Source of the DNA: Eledone cirrhosa | Taxonomy: Eukaryota | Assembly (NCBI GenBank): GCA_964016885.1 | Contig: OZ024757.1 | Coordinates: 23,188,001-23,252,000, forward strand | Direction of reading: 5' to 3' | Length of the DNA stretch: 64,000 nucleotides | Part shown: in pieces, positions 53,076 through 64,000 of the stretch | Layout of the letters: every line of letters starts with the position of its first letter | Position numbering within the stretch: position 1 is the stretch's first letter | Notes under the pieces: model-generated | Told to the model about the DNA's origin: nothing | The model's input: only the letters and a program-made list of their open reading frames with translations | Databases searched by the model: none | Program-made: the position numbers and the translations under genes

Positions 53076-55381
53076 CACCTTACCCACACCTAATCACAGC
53101 ACTTTACACTGTAAAGTTGTTGTGTTCATATCACAACAAAAAGCACCCAGCCCACACTGTAAAGTGGTCGTGTAGGTGTCATGACAAAAAGCACCCAGCC
53201 CACACTATAAATATCGTTGGCATTAGGAAGTGCATCCAGCCATAGAAACTAAGCCAGAAACAGTTCTGTATGAGCAAGACAGTCACCCAACCTAATTTGC
53301 CTCAAACGGGACAACCCATATAACCCATGCTAGCATGGAAAATAGACAATAAACGATGATGATGATATATATATACACACGCACACACACAAAGCAATTG
53401 AATATAAGCTTTTCAATAAGCACTAAGCAATATGACTATCACTTTCCAACCAAAATAACAATGTGATTGCCTTAGTTTGATAGGAAATATCTTGTAGAAC
53501 AAAGACAACAAAAGAAAGCTGTTGGGATATTTACTATGAAATATATTTTCTGTTCATTTCTTTTCTGTCATTTCAAAAAAATACTGACAGGAGTGGAGAG
53601 GTGCCCTGTTGTGATTTCATAACTGACAAAATGTAAAAACTATTTTCTTTCCCTTCTTTCCCTAGATATTTATTAATTTTTGTTTTTATATATATTGGTT
53701 GAGAGTTCAATTCTCAGACCAGGTGATGTGTTGTTTCCTTGAGCAAGCCACTTTATTTCATATTGCTCCAGTTTACTCAGCTGTAGAAATGAGATGATAG
53801 GGACTGGGGTCCATATCATTCCACTGCAAAGTGGTCGTGGAGGTGCCACGGCAAAAAAGCACCCAGCACTCACTGTAAAGTGGACGTGTAGGCGCCACAG
53901 AAAAAAGCACCCAGCACTCACTGTAAATGAGGTGGGTGTCAGGAAGGGCATCCAGCTGTAGAAATCAAGCCAGAATCAGTTCCCGTCCCACGCTTGCATG
54001 CAGGGAAAAGCAGACGTAAAATGATGATGATGATGATATATGAAGGCACATGGCTTAGCGGTTAGAGTGTCAGGCTTACAATTGTGAGGTTATGAGGTTG
54101 ATTCTTGGATTGGACTTTGCATTGTGTTCTCGAGCAAAACACTTTATTTCACTCAGCTGTAGAAATGAGTTGCAACATCACTGATGCCAAGCTGCATTGG
54201 CCTTTGCCTTTCCCTTGGACAACATTGGTGGTGTGGTGAGGGTTGACTGGTACGTATGGGTGACTGCTGGTCTTCCACAAACAACCTTGCTCGGACTTGT
54301 GCTTCTAGGTGCAAATTCCATGGTCATTCATGACCGAGGGGGTTCTTTACGCTTCATATATATATAAATATAGAGAAGACCCGCCTTACCTAAATACATA
54401 GTAAAACCTACTACAGCCAGTAGGCATCTCTAACAAAATACACCCCCGTCCCACCACCCCCACCCCATCCACACCACCCCGTTCTATGTAAAGTTATGTT
54501 GGTGCCACACCATCCAGGCCGAAACAAATGAGATCGTGTAGGTGTCACGACAAAAAAACACACAGTCCACGCTGTAATGTGGCCGTGTAGGCAACACGGT
54601 AAAAACCTCCCAGACCCACACTGTAAATGTGGTTGGTGTTAGGAAGGGCATCCAACTGTAGAATACCTGCCAGACAGTCCTATGCGAGCAAGACAATCAC
54701 TCTTGCCTCAAGTGGGAATACCCCCATCCAAACCCATGCAAGCGTGGAACACGGACGTTAAACGTTGATGATGATGATGATGATGATGATATATGTGTGT
54801 GTGTGTGTGTGAGCATGTTTGTGTGCCTGTCTGTATATGTATGTGTATAATTTTATGAACCTTTATCAATTTCTACTTCAAACACCAATTTAATAACGGT
54901 GAAGTTATACATACTACTAAATCACTCCAAAATCTGGACTATTTGAAAATTATTTGCAATGTTTGGCATCAGAAATATAGTAAGGAAAGGGTTAACCATT
55001 TTCATCATCATCATCACCGTTTTATGTCCGTTCTTCCATGCTAGCATGGGTTAGATGGGTTGTCCTGTTGTGGGAAGTGTCCGGTCGGCTGACCTTGTCT
55101 TGTTCATACAGGAATTGATTCTGGCTTGATTTCTAAAGCTGGATGCCCTTCCTAACACCAACCTCATTTACAGAGAGTGCTAGGTGCTTTTTTTTTCTGT
55201 GGCGCCTACACGTCCACTTTGCAGTGGAATGATAGAGACCCCAGTCCTATCATCTCATTTCTACAGCTGAGTAAACTGGAGCAATGTGAAATAAATTCTC
55301 TTGCTCAAGGAAACAACACAGCACCCGGTCGAGAATCATCATAATTGTCATTTTCCATATGAGAAATAAAAGTACTTCTTT

Positions 55382-55597
55382 TTAACACTTTAGCATTTAA
55401 ACTGATCGCATCTAACCAGAATTCTCTCACCCCTTTCTGTTCAAACCGACTGTACCTGGCTACTCATACTTATGTGAAGGTATTGTTCTCAAAATAAATA
55501 ATATCAAAATCACATAGCTTCGATATTATGTGAGATAAAGCCTTTACCATGAAAATACGATAGTAAATATAGAGTGATGCACATACTAAAGGGTTAA
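55382..55597 (-). mobile_element. Unexpanded ~216-bp TTAA MITE monomer, same family as 13811-22334
   Basis: Reverse complement: TTAACCCTTTAG...cactctatatttactatcgtattttcatggtaaaggctttatctcacataatatc...gagaacaatacc...CTAAAGTGTTAA, with one copy of the satellite-unit sequence. Confidence 0.85.
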
Positions 55598-55753
55598 GTG
55601 TTTCATTACCAAACAATCTAACCTAACTGCAACTATAATCCTATGTAATGAGCAATGCAATTTTGTGACATATATATGTATAAGGTTTATCTAATGTTTA
55701 CAACCCAGCTATGATGTTTCGCTAAAATTCTTCAAGGAAGTACTACAGTTTGG

Positions 55754-56121
55754 CAGACCTGCCAACCCCTAAAACGAGGAGTACCATGAAAAAAAGTGCC
55801 CCAAACCGGGGAGAATGGGGCAAAATGGGGAGATTTTACATAATTGTTTCTACTTTAGGCACAAGGCCAGCAATTACCCAGTGCATTACTGGTACTTTAT
55901 TTTATCGACCCCGTAAGGATGAAAGGCAAAGTCAACCTCGGCGGGATTTGAACTCAGATCGTAAAGGGACGTAACTATGCTGGAAAGCATGGCGTCCGAC
56001 CCTCTACCGATACTGCCAATCCTAATGAAAGCCATACCTATTTTCACAAGAGAAGACATCTCTCACCCACCCCAAAATGGTTGGGAGGTCTACCCGTTGG
56101 AAAGGAAGTGTTAACAGGTCT
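55754..56121. mobile_element. MITE with CAGACCTGCCAAC-like TIR, interrupted by a SINE; uninterrupted copy at 27146-27337
   Basis: CAGACCTGCCAACC...GTTAACAGGTCTG; matches 27146-27337 once the SINE (55840-56022) is removed. Confidence 0.65.
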
Positions 56122-57484
56122 GGTATGGGCTATGTATGAGAATTACGTACTTGATAGATAAATGTCTTTATTGTATGTATGTATGTAAGTGATTTTGGAC
56201 ACCCTGCAGGACAAAAAACAAAACTTGACAAAGGGCGGAAGGACTCGTAAGAGTCAACAGCCATCCAAAAGTGTGTAAATATGTATATACACATGTACTG
56301 CATGGTTAAACCACTGGGAGTGAAGGACCCCTAGCCTTTGTCAGGGCATTCTTCTAGGAGAAGGCAACTCAGGAAACTGGGATAACTCCGATATAAAACC
56401 TGCGGCTCAGTAGTTACCAATGATGTTGATCTTTTCTTCTTTTCGGGTTATAGCTACTGTCGCTCAGAGAGTGGGATTGGCTCAGTGCACAGTCTTACCT
56501 CACTTTAAAAGATATCTTCATGCACAGGCATTGCACGATAGAATTAATTAATAATTATTAATAATGGTATATCGTGCAATGGCCATACTCGATAACGAGG
56601 GGGCAGCCATCATCATGTATGTAAGTGTGTATGTAAGTATGTATGCATATGTGTGTTGTCCAAACGAGTATCCTCCATCTCCAACTATCATACTCTCCAC
56701 TTCTTGGTCCCAGTTGATAGGCTGGAGATATCAACCCACCATAAAATTTGACCAAATTTTAACATTTTTGTTACCAACCCACCCAAAACCACCTCTGGTT
56801 CAATAAAACAAAACCATTTATTTGAAATGGTTTTTCCTATTTAAATTAAAATCTTCCAGTATAATTTGTTATAACATTTAGCTATGTTGCAAGACAGTGA
56901 ATTGGCAGAGTTGTTAGAATGTCAAATAGAATGCTTTGTGCTATTTGTTCTGGTTCTCAGAATTCAAATCCTGCTGAGATCAACTTTGCTTTTCATCCAT
57001 TCAAGGATAAAAAAAATAAAAAAGTACCAGTCAAGTACTGGAGTCAATTCTTCCTCCATATCTCTTTTTTACTTCCATTATCTCACTCTCTATTTATCCT
57101 TCTCTGGAAGAATTCTGCTGCATTCAGACCTGGAGGCAGGACGAGTGCCACCAGTTTTTTTTAAATGCCCTAGAAACACTATGTTAACACGACCTCCATA
57201 CAACTCCCTCAGGAGTTATATGATCATGCATGCATTAGCTATGTTACAAATATAATTTTAATAGTGAAGTAGTTAATAACTTTATTAAATCCTTCCAAAT
57301 TCTTTACTAACTGGCTGACATTCTTTCATTTACTCGCCCCAATCATGGCAATAAAACCACTAGAATGGAAGAGGTTACTGAGAAGGGAAAAGTACAAGAC
57401 AGATAGAACATTGTTACATATATATATATATATATATATATATAGGAATTTGTAAATTTGTTGGTTACATATATATTTTTTTAA

Positions 57485-57592
57485 CAGTTTCTGATGATCT
57501 AATAGAGTTAACATCGTATTTAAAATTGAGTGGCACTGCTTTTAGTGTTCAGCAATTTTTAGAAAACTATCAGTGAAACAATTGTTCGACTG
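57485..57592 (+). ncRNA. Putative hammerhead with a long stem II insertion
   Basis: CAGTTT-CTGATGA-tctaatag...ctatcagt-GAAA-CAATTG-TT-CGACTG then AATAAA; in a (TA)n-flanked element. Confidence 0.45.
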
Positions 57593-58404
57593 CAAATAAA
57601 TCCCCTTTTTTGTACTGTTAACCATGTTATTCTCCACTTTCTCAATTTTATATATATATATATATATTAACTATAATAAAGAAAGGAGTGCAGGACTGCG
57701 TCCAGAATATATTTTTTTACCCCGTTAGTAAAATAAGTTGGATTACTTTGAATAAATAATGAATGAATATTACATAATTTATCTACTAAATTTCGTGGCT
57801 GTTGATTAAATATATTTTGTTTATTTAAAGATTCACTTCTTTAAAATTTCTGAAATGTCAACCCTTCCGGTTGGCCATCGCTTAAATAAACATACTAATT
57901 TTCTGTCACTAATTTTCTCCTAATGCAGTTTATATATAATATTGTCTTTTTTAATGTATCATGGATTACGTTACTGATTACAGAAGACAGTGTAACACAG
58001 TCTTCGTTCAATTTCTGTGTATATTGTCAATTACGATTTTATTTGATGTATCATATATACTTGTGTATAATATCAATATACACACTACACATGCTAGCAG
58101 AAAACCACCCGAAGGGTGGTTTTTCTGCTAGTATATATAATGGGTTGACGAGACTAACATGGATTTCACTGCTAGCACCGGCTACATCTCAGCATACTCA
58201 ATAGGTAATGTTAAATAAACTCCCAGAGTAGACACATAGTTATTCGCTTTAACACAACACTCATAAATGGGTACCTTCAATCTATACCCATACTCGAGTT
58301 TTGGCTACACTTAATGCAGCAATCCACTGTTTGCATTTATTATGCAACAATGCACAATTGGCACATGTGACTTCATCAGCCATATATATATATACTCAGC
58401 TATA

Positions 58405-58457
<53 letters not shown>

Positions 58458-58538
58458 TCACCCCAAGCAAGGCAATAAAGCCACTAAAGATTTTAACATT
58501 TTAGTAAAGGGAAAAAGACAAGACGGAGCGAACCTAAT

Positions 58539-58584
<46 letters not shown>

Positions 58585-58585
<1 letters not shown>

Positions 58586-58880
58586 ACTCACTGCAAGCTA
58601 CTAGAGTGCAAGGTTGTTCTTGAGAAGGGAAAAGGACAACACAGAGAAAACATAATTCAAGGAGGAAAACGAAGAAAGTTGATGTTGCTTTTGAATGTCT
58701 GTAAAACTTAAGTGGTTAGGAAAGCAAGAAGCTGGAAGAGAATTCCATAGGTGAGATATGTAAGAGAGGAAACTATCAGAATAGAATTTGTGATTATATT
58801 TAGAAACTTCATCTGTAAATGGATGAGAACTAGCTGCCAATCTGGTGCTCTGTTTAAACTCGTGAAGACAAGTCAACATG
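58585..58880 (-). mobile_element. CR1/L2/Jockey-group LINE 3' fragment; related 3' ends at 16-95, 285-474 and 58455-58530
   Basis: FYSDSFLSYISHLWNSLPASCFP; the 285-474 copy reads SFFPCTSRLWNSLP; shared tactcac..caagc terminus. Confidence 0.65.
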
Positions 58881-59217
58881 CAAATATTTAATTCATTGAA
58901 AATCTAGTCACGAAAGAGTTAAATGTTTGTATTTAAATTGATATCTTAATTAAAATCATATTACAAACATTGAAAAATAGAACTAACATCATTCTATGCA
59001 GAAACCACTCCATTAAGACATAACAAATGCCAGTTTAATATCATCATCATCATCATCATGGTCCTTTAACCTGTCGACTGCCACATATATTTTACACAGC
59101 TACAGTTGCTGTGCTGGGTTTCCTTTTCAATAAAATGACTTTTTTTAAACAAACATTTATTAACAACACATATCTGAATGATTGACAGACGTCACAATAA
59201 ACTAGTAACCCCATCTA

Positions 59218-59315
59218 GCTTTGAAGTTATGAACTGTTGGAAACGGGTTCATAACTTTGAAGTTATGAACTGTTGGACACAAATTCATAACTTTGAAGTT
59301 ATGAACTGTCGGAAG
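59218..59315. repeat. 36-bp x 3 repeat with internal palindromes
   Basis: ttgaagttatgaactg at 59221, 59257, 59293; GTTCATAACT-ttga-AGTTATGAAC. Confidence 0.8.
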
Positions 59316-59779
59316 AGAATTCAAACATGTTAGGACGAGTAATCATTGGGTCACCGCAATACCAAATGCTTCAACAACTGCCTCCATCTCTGCTGGTCAT
59401 GGGTGAGTGCCTGGGTTGTGGTAGAGTTCCTCCCCATCCACTCAGCTATGTTGTCAGTTCATCACCTCTGCCTGCACTCCTTTCTCTTCTCTGCACTGTT
59501 TCTTGGAGAATCATCTTAGAGAGTCTGTCCAATCTTGTCACATGCCCAAACCACCTCAAATTTATCCTCATCACCAGCAGATCTTGAAAGTGACTCACGT
59601 GCTGGCTGATTCTGTTGTTCATGACGTGTCCTGTGTGGGAGATTCCTATTATTCTTCTATAACATTTCATCTCCACTGTTTAACATGAAAGTAAACAAAC
59701 ACCTTTCCACCTCTTTACATCATTTTAAAAACAAAATGAAACACAGTCTTTTCTTGTTAGAAACATGGTCATAAATAGG

Positions 59780-60586
59780 TTTACCATTTTGATATCAACC
59801 CCCTGAAACTGTCCCAGGCTCTCTGGTAGAAAGCTGGTTATTTTAAAGTGTTTACATTTATCTAAATATTTTCCATCATAATATTATGAAAGAACATTTG
59901 TTAAGTTATGTTCTACACCAGCTTTTTAATGAGAAAATTATGTTACGGAATACATCAAAATTCTTCATTATGTTCAAAATTATTTGAAAACCATCGGCAA
60001 TGTCTTTCATAATTAAAGTGTCAAAGTCTTTATATTTATCAAAAAACCATCCAACATAATTTTATATAAGAACATTTGATAAGTTATGTTCCAAACACCA
60101 ACTTAATAATGAGAAGGTTAGTTATATTACTAAAGCTTTCCAAATTCTTGGTTATTTTTAAAAAGATTTGAAAATCAAAGACAATGTCTTTGATTAGAAA
60201 TATGGTAAGGAATGGATTAAAATGTTTATATGAATCTAAAAACTTTCCATCATAAATTTATATGAAAACCTTTGATAGTACAAACACCAATTTCATAATA
60301 AGAAATTTAGTTAAATTACTAAATCATTCCAAATACTTGATTATTTAAAAATCATAGACAGTGTCCTTCATTAGAAATATGGCAAAGAATGGATTAAAAT
60401 GTTGATATTAATCTAAAATTTTCCATCATAAATTTATGTGAAAACCTTTATTAAGTTATATTCTGAATACCATCTTCATAATGAGAAAATGATGTTACTA
60501 AATCCATCAAAATTCTTCATTTTCGAAATTATTTGAAAATCTTAGGCATCGTCTTTCATTAGAAATATGGTTTACAAAAGGGTTAA
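59780..60586 (+). mobile_element. Second TTAA-type MITE family with ~4 degenerate ~180-bp internal tandem units
   Basis: Ends CAAAAGGG-TTAA. Motif tctaaa..ttccatcataa recurs near 59861, 60039, 60235, 60412. Related pieces at 45172-45785, 44700-44791, 54850-54995, 56758-56890. Confidence 0.6.
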
Positions 60587-61549
60587 CTTTTATTCCAAAC
60601 TGGGAGAGTTTGAAAACTACTAAAAGCTGAATGCTGCTCTATTTTAGCGACATATTTGATTTATCATCTCATCCTAGAGAAAAACTTAAATATTAAATAA
60701 TGGAGATTGAGTTAGGAAACAAGATTGCAAACTTCTGAAGATTATTTATTGATAACATACATAAAATTTAAAGGTGAAAAAAATATAATAATAAATATAA
60801 TGAAATATAGAATATTTAAATATATAAAATAATGCGAGGAAATGATCTCAGAAAATGACTGGGTGATTTGATTTATATTTTAATATTTCATGTAGAATGT
60901 TTTTCATTTATTAACAACGAAATATGATTTGAAAATTGATTAAATAGCTATGTATGTAAGTATATATACATGTGTGTGTATGTATAACTGCTTGTATATA
61001 TGTATATAAATATTATGTATGTTAGGGCTTCATATGGTTTGTAAATTAATCCATATATATATAAATATATAAATATGTTTTATATATACATATAAATGTA
61101 TGTTATAAATATTTATATATATGTGTGTGTGTGTATATATATATAAAGCATACATACTTATTTATGATTAATATGTATATGAAATGTATAAATATATATA
61201 AGTGCACACAATGTGTTTGAAAATATGGATTTCGTATTTTGAGTGTACACAATATGTGTGTGCATACATGTATAGACACTTATATAATTACATGTCACCA
61301 TACATATTTATATATGTGTATATGTATGTGGAAAAGTTTGTTTTTGTTTTTAATTTCCTGATAATTTCACATTTATTTTTATGGCTTTAAACAAAGAGTT
61401 TTCCTTCAGAATTTTTGGAATCCTTACTTTATATTAAAGATGGCTAGGATTAAATATTTAAGATAAGAAAAGAATATAGAATTATCGTCATTTTAGTTTT
61501 AGTTTAAGAGGTTAGTAATGTTATGGGGTTAATGATAGATTTTGCTTTA

Positions 61550-62865
61550 TCTTTCTGTGTTCAGAGAAAAGACTGGCATAGTTGCGTTTCTGAATAGGTT
61601 TTGGGGTTTTTAAGATAGTTTCAGAGAAAAGGAAAGAGATAAAACGATAAGATAGAATGGTGAGAAAGAGATGTGAGTTATGTGTGTATATGTTTTATCT
61701 TTTAGAAATAGGAGCATGAAGGGGGAAGTTATTTTTAAGTTATCAAAGAAGCATCTGGCACGGTTGCCTTCTTCGGTCAGTGTTGAGGTTTTTAAGATGG
61801 TTTCAGACAAGCGGGAAAACATAAAACAATGAGAAAGAATGATGAGACATATGTGGGGTATGGCTATATATTTCTATGTAAGAGGAACAAAAGCCAGAGA
61901 GAAGATGTCTTTAATTTATCAGAGAAGAGCCTAGCATAGTTGCTTTCTTGGGTCAGTGTTGGGGCTCTTAAGATAGTTTCAGAGAAGGAAGAGACAGAAT
62001 GGTGAGAAAGAATGGTGAGGTATGAGTATACGTTTTATCTGAAACAGCAACAAGGGAGAAGGTGTCTTTAAGTTATCAGAGAAGAGCCTAGCATAGTTGT
62101 ATTTCTGGATCAATGTTGGGTTTTTGAAGAGAAGACAGAAGAAATGGGATGGTTTGAAAAATATGAGGAATGAGTATGGGTTTTATTGGAGATAAACAGC
62201 AGCTAGGGAGAAGTTATCAGGGCAGGATCTGACATTGTTGCATTTCTGAATCAGCCTTGAGGTTTTAGAGATAGTTTCAGAGACAAGGAAAAAATAGAAT
62301 GGCAAGAAAGAATGGTAAGAGTATATATTTCTATGTAAGAGGAACAGGAGCAAGGTAGAAGTCATCTTTAAGTTAACAGAGAAGGATCTGGCATGGTTGT
62401 CCTCTTGGGTCAGTGTTGAGGTTCTTAAGAAAGTGAAGAAGGAAGAGATATTATGATGAAAAAGAATGGTGAGATGGTGACGTATGAGGTATGAGTATAT
62501 ATTTCCACGTGAGAGGGATTGTGAGTTCAATTCTCAGACCGGGTGATGTGTTGTTTCCTTGAGCAAGACACTTTATTTTACATTGCTCCAGTTTACTCAG
62601 CTGTAGAAATGAGATGATAGGGACTGGGGTCCCTATCATTCCACTGCAAAGTGGTCGTGGAGGTGCCACGGCAAAAAAGCACCCAGCACTCACTGTAAAT
62701 GAGGTTGGTTAGGAAGGGCATCCAGCTGTAGAAATCAAGCCAGAATTAGTTCCCGCCCCACCCTTGCAAGCAGGGAGAAGCGGACATAAAATGAAATGAG
62801 GGATGTGAGAGATGTGAGTATATATTTCTATGTAAAGGAGAAGTTATGAGAGAAGAATCTGACAT
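61550..62865. repeat. Old degenerate ~180-bp purine-rich tandem array, interrupted by SINE-B
   Basis: Recurring agttatcagagaaga..tggcatagttg..tcagtgttg.gg..ttaagatagtttcagag. Confidence 0.65.
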
Positions 62866-63169
62866 CAAATTTCACCCCCAACACCCTTAGAAAAACAAGT
62901 GCACATTGGACAAACTACATAGTCCCAGATATACAAAAATGCAAGATGGTCATCACTGGAAATGGCCTCATTCATTAGTCAGTTTGACCAGAGCTAATCA
63001 AGACAGGGTATTGCCAAATGATTAAGAAGTTATCTTTGTAATGATCAGGTCCCAGGTTCGATCCAACTGCATGGCATCTTGGGTAAATGTTATTTACCAT
63101 AACTTTAGGCTAACATATGTCTTGTGACAGAAATTGGGTTTAGTATAATTCACTTGTCATCTCAGTTGC

Positions 63170-63596
63170 TACCTATGCCAGTGAAGTGGGGAAGATGACA
63201 GCAGGAGCTGCCCATAAACTAGATGTAGTCCACCAGAGGTGCCTCCAAAAATTTCTTAACATCTCTTGGCCAGACAAAATAACCAATGAAGAAATCTATG
63301 GAAGAACCAAACAGAAACCACTAAGCATCTCAGTGAAAGATCGTTGTCTGAGATTTCTTGGACATGTCTTTAGAAGGCCATCAACAAGACATATAAGGCT
63401 CTCCTTTGACTGGAAGCCAGAAGGTGGAAAAAGGAAATGCGGTTGCCCATTAACAAAATGGAAGAGGATAACAGTCTTGAAGGATCTAGATGTGGAAGAG
63501 CTGAGCTGGGAGGATGCCATATCTCTTGCAGAAGACCACAGAAGATGGAGATCTTTTGTTGCTGCCCAATGTTTTACATGGAATGGGAGGACCTAA
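63170..63596 (+). mobile_element. RTE-like LINE C-terminal fragment; similar relic at 59330-59680 (-)
   Basis: LDVVHQRCLQKFLNISWPDKITNEE..LRFLGHV..WKPEGGKRK..AEDHRRWRSFVAA. Confidence 0.75.
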
Positions 63597-63767
63597 TTAA
63601 CTATTAGGGCAGTGGATTGGCAGAATCAGTAGAGCATCGGAAACATGCTTTGTGGCATAGTGTTCCAACCCTGTAGGTTCTGATTTCAAATCCTAACAAG
63701 GTTAGCTTAGCATTTCATCCTTACGGGGGTCAATAAAATAAAGTACCACTAATGCACTGAGGTCCAT

Positions 63768-63882
63768 TTAACCTTTAGTGTGTTAATAATTTTTATGAAT
63801 TGTTTCTCTTGACATTGCATTATTTATTAAGGGGAGATCAGTCTATGGTGCATTATATTGCCATTAGCGTGCTAAGGGTTAA
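63768..63882. mobile_element. Small TTAA MITE inserted in a SINE; related copy at 31791-31906
   Basis: TTAA-CCTTTAG...CTAAGGG-TTAA interrupts SINE sequence; internal cttgaca..gcatta..tattaaggggagat shared with the 31791 copy. Confidence 0.65.
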
Positions 63883-64000
63883 TCAACTTTCCCCTCCCCA
63901 AAATTGTTGGCCTTGTGCCTAAATAAGAAACCATTATCATCCCATTGAAGTTAACTTTGCCTTTCATCCTTATGGGGCTAATAAAATAAAGTACCAGTAA

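Noticed and set aside
56193-56272. Structured segment upstream of the RTE-like element (GACTC-gtaa-GAGTC) as an HDV-like or twister ribozyme
   Set aside because: Could not assign the required pseudoknot pairings or catalytic residues.

Overview
AT-rich, microsatellite-dense animal intergenic/intronic DNA. The repeat landscape suggests a coleoid cephalopod such as Octopus (inference only). I found no convincing host protein-coding gene; most listed ORFs are microsatellite or satellite read-throughs. Main structure: a four-level nested element at 13811-22334. A TTAA-flanked piggyBac-like MITE sits inside another copy of itself, its 5' segment has expanded into a 72-bp satellite, and an intact two-ORF Tx1-clade LINE (15611-21260) is inserted in that satellite; an unexpanded 216-bp monomer at 55382-55597 shows the origin. 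Second system: several unrelated short elements, mostly embedded in (TA)n tracts, carry type I hammerhead ribozyme cores (mostly with palindromic stem III) and/or long fold-back hairpins pivoting in or near the ribozyme, as expected for Penelope-like pLTR termini. Also present: further MITE-derived satellites, RTE/R4/CR1-L2-like LINE relics (one R4-type with a seamless 5' inversion), two tRNA-derived SINE families (one sharing its 3' tail with the RTE LINE) and a 200-N gap. Coordinates were read by eye and may be off by a few bases.
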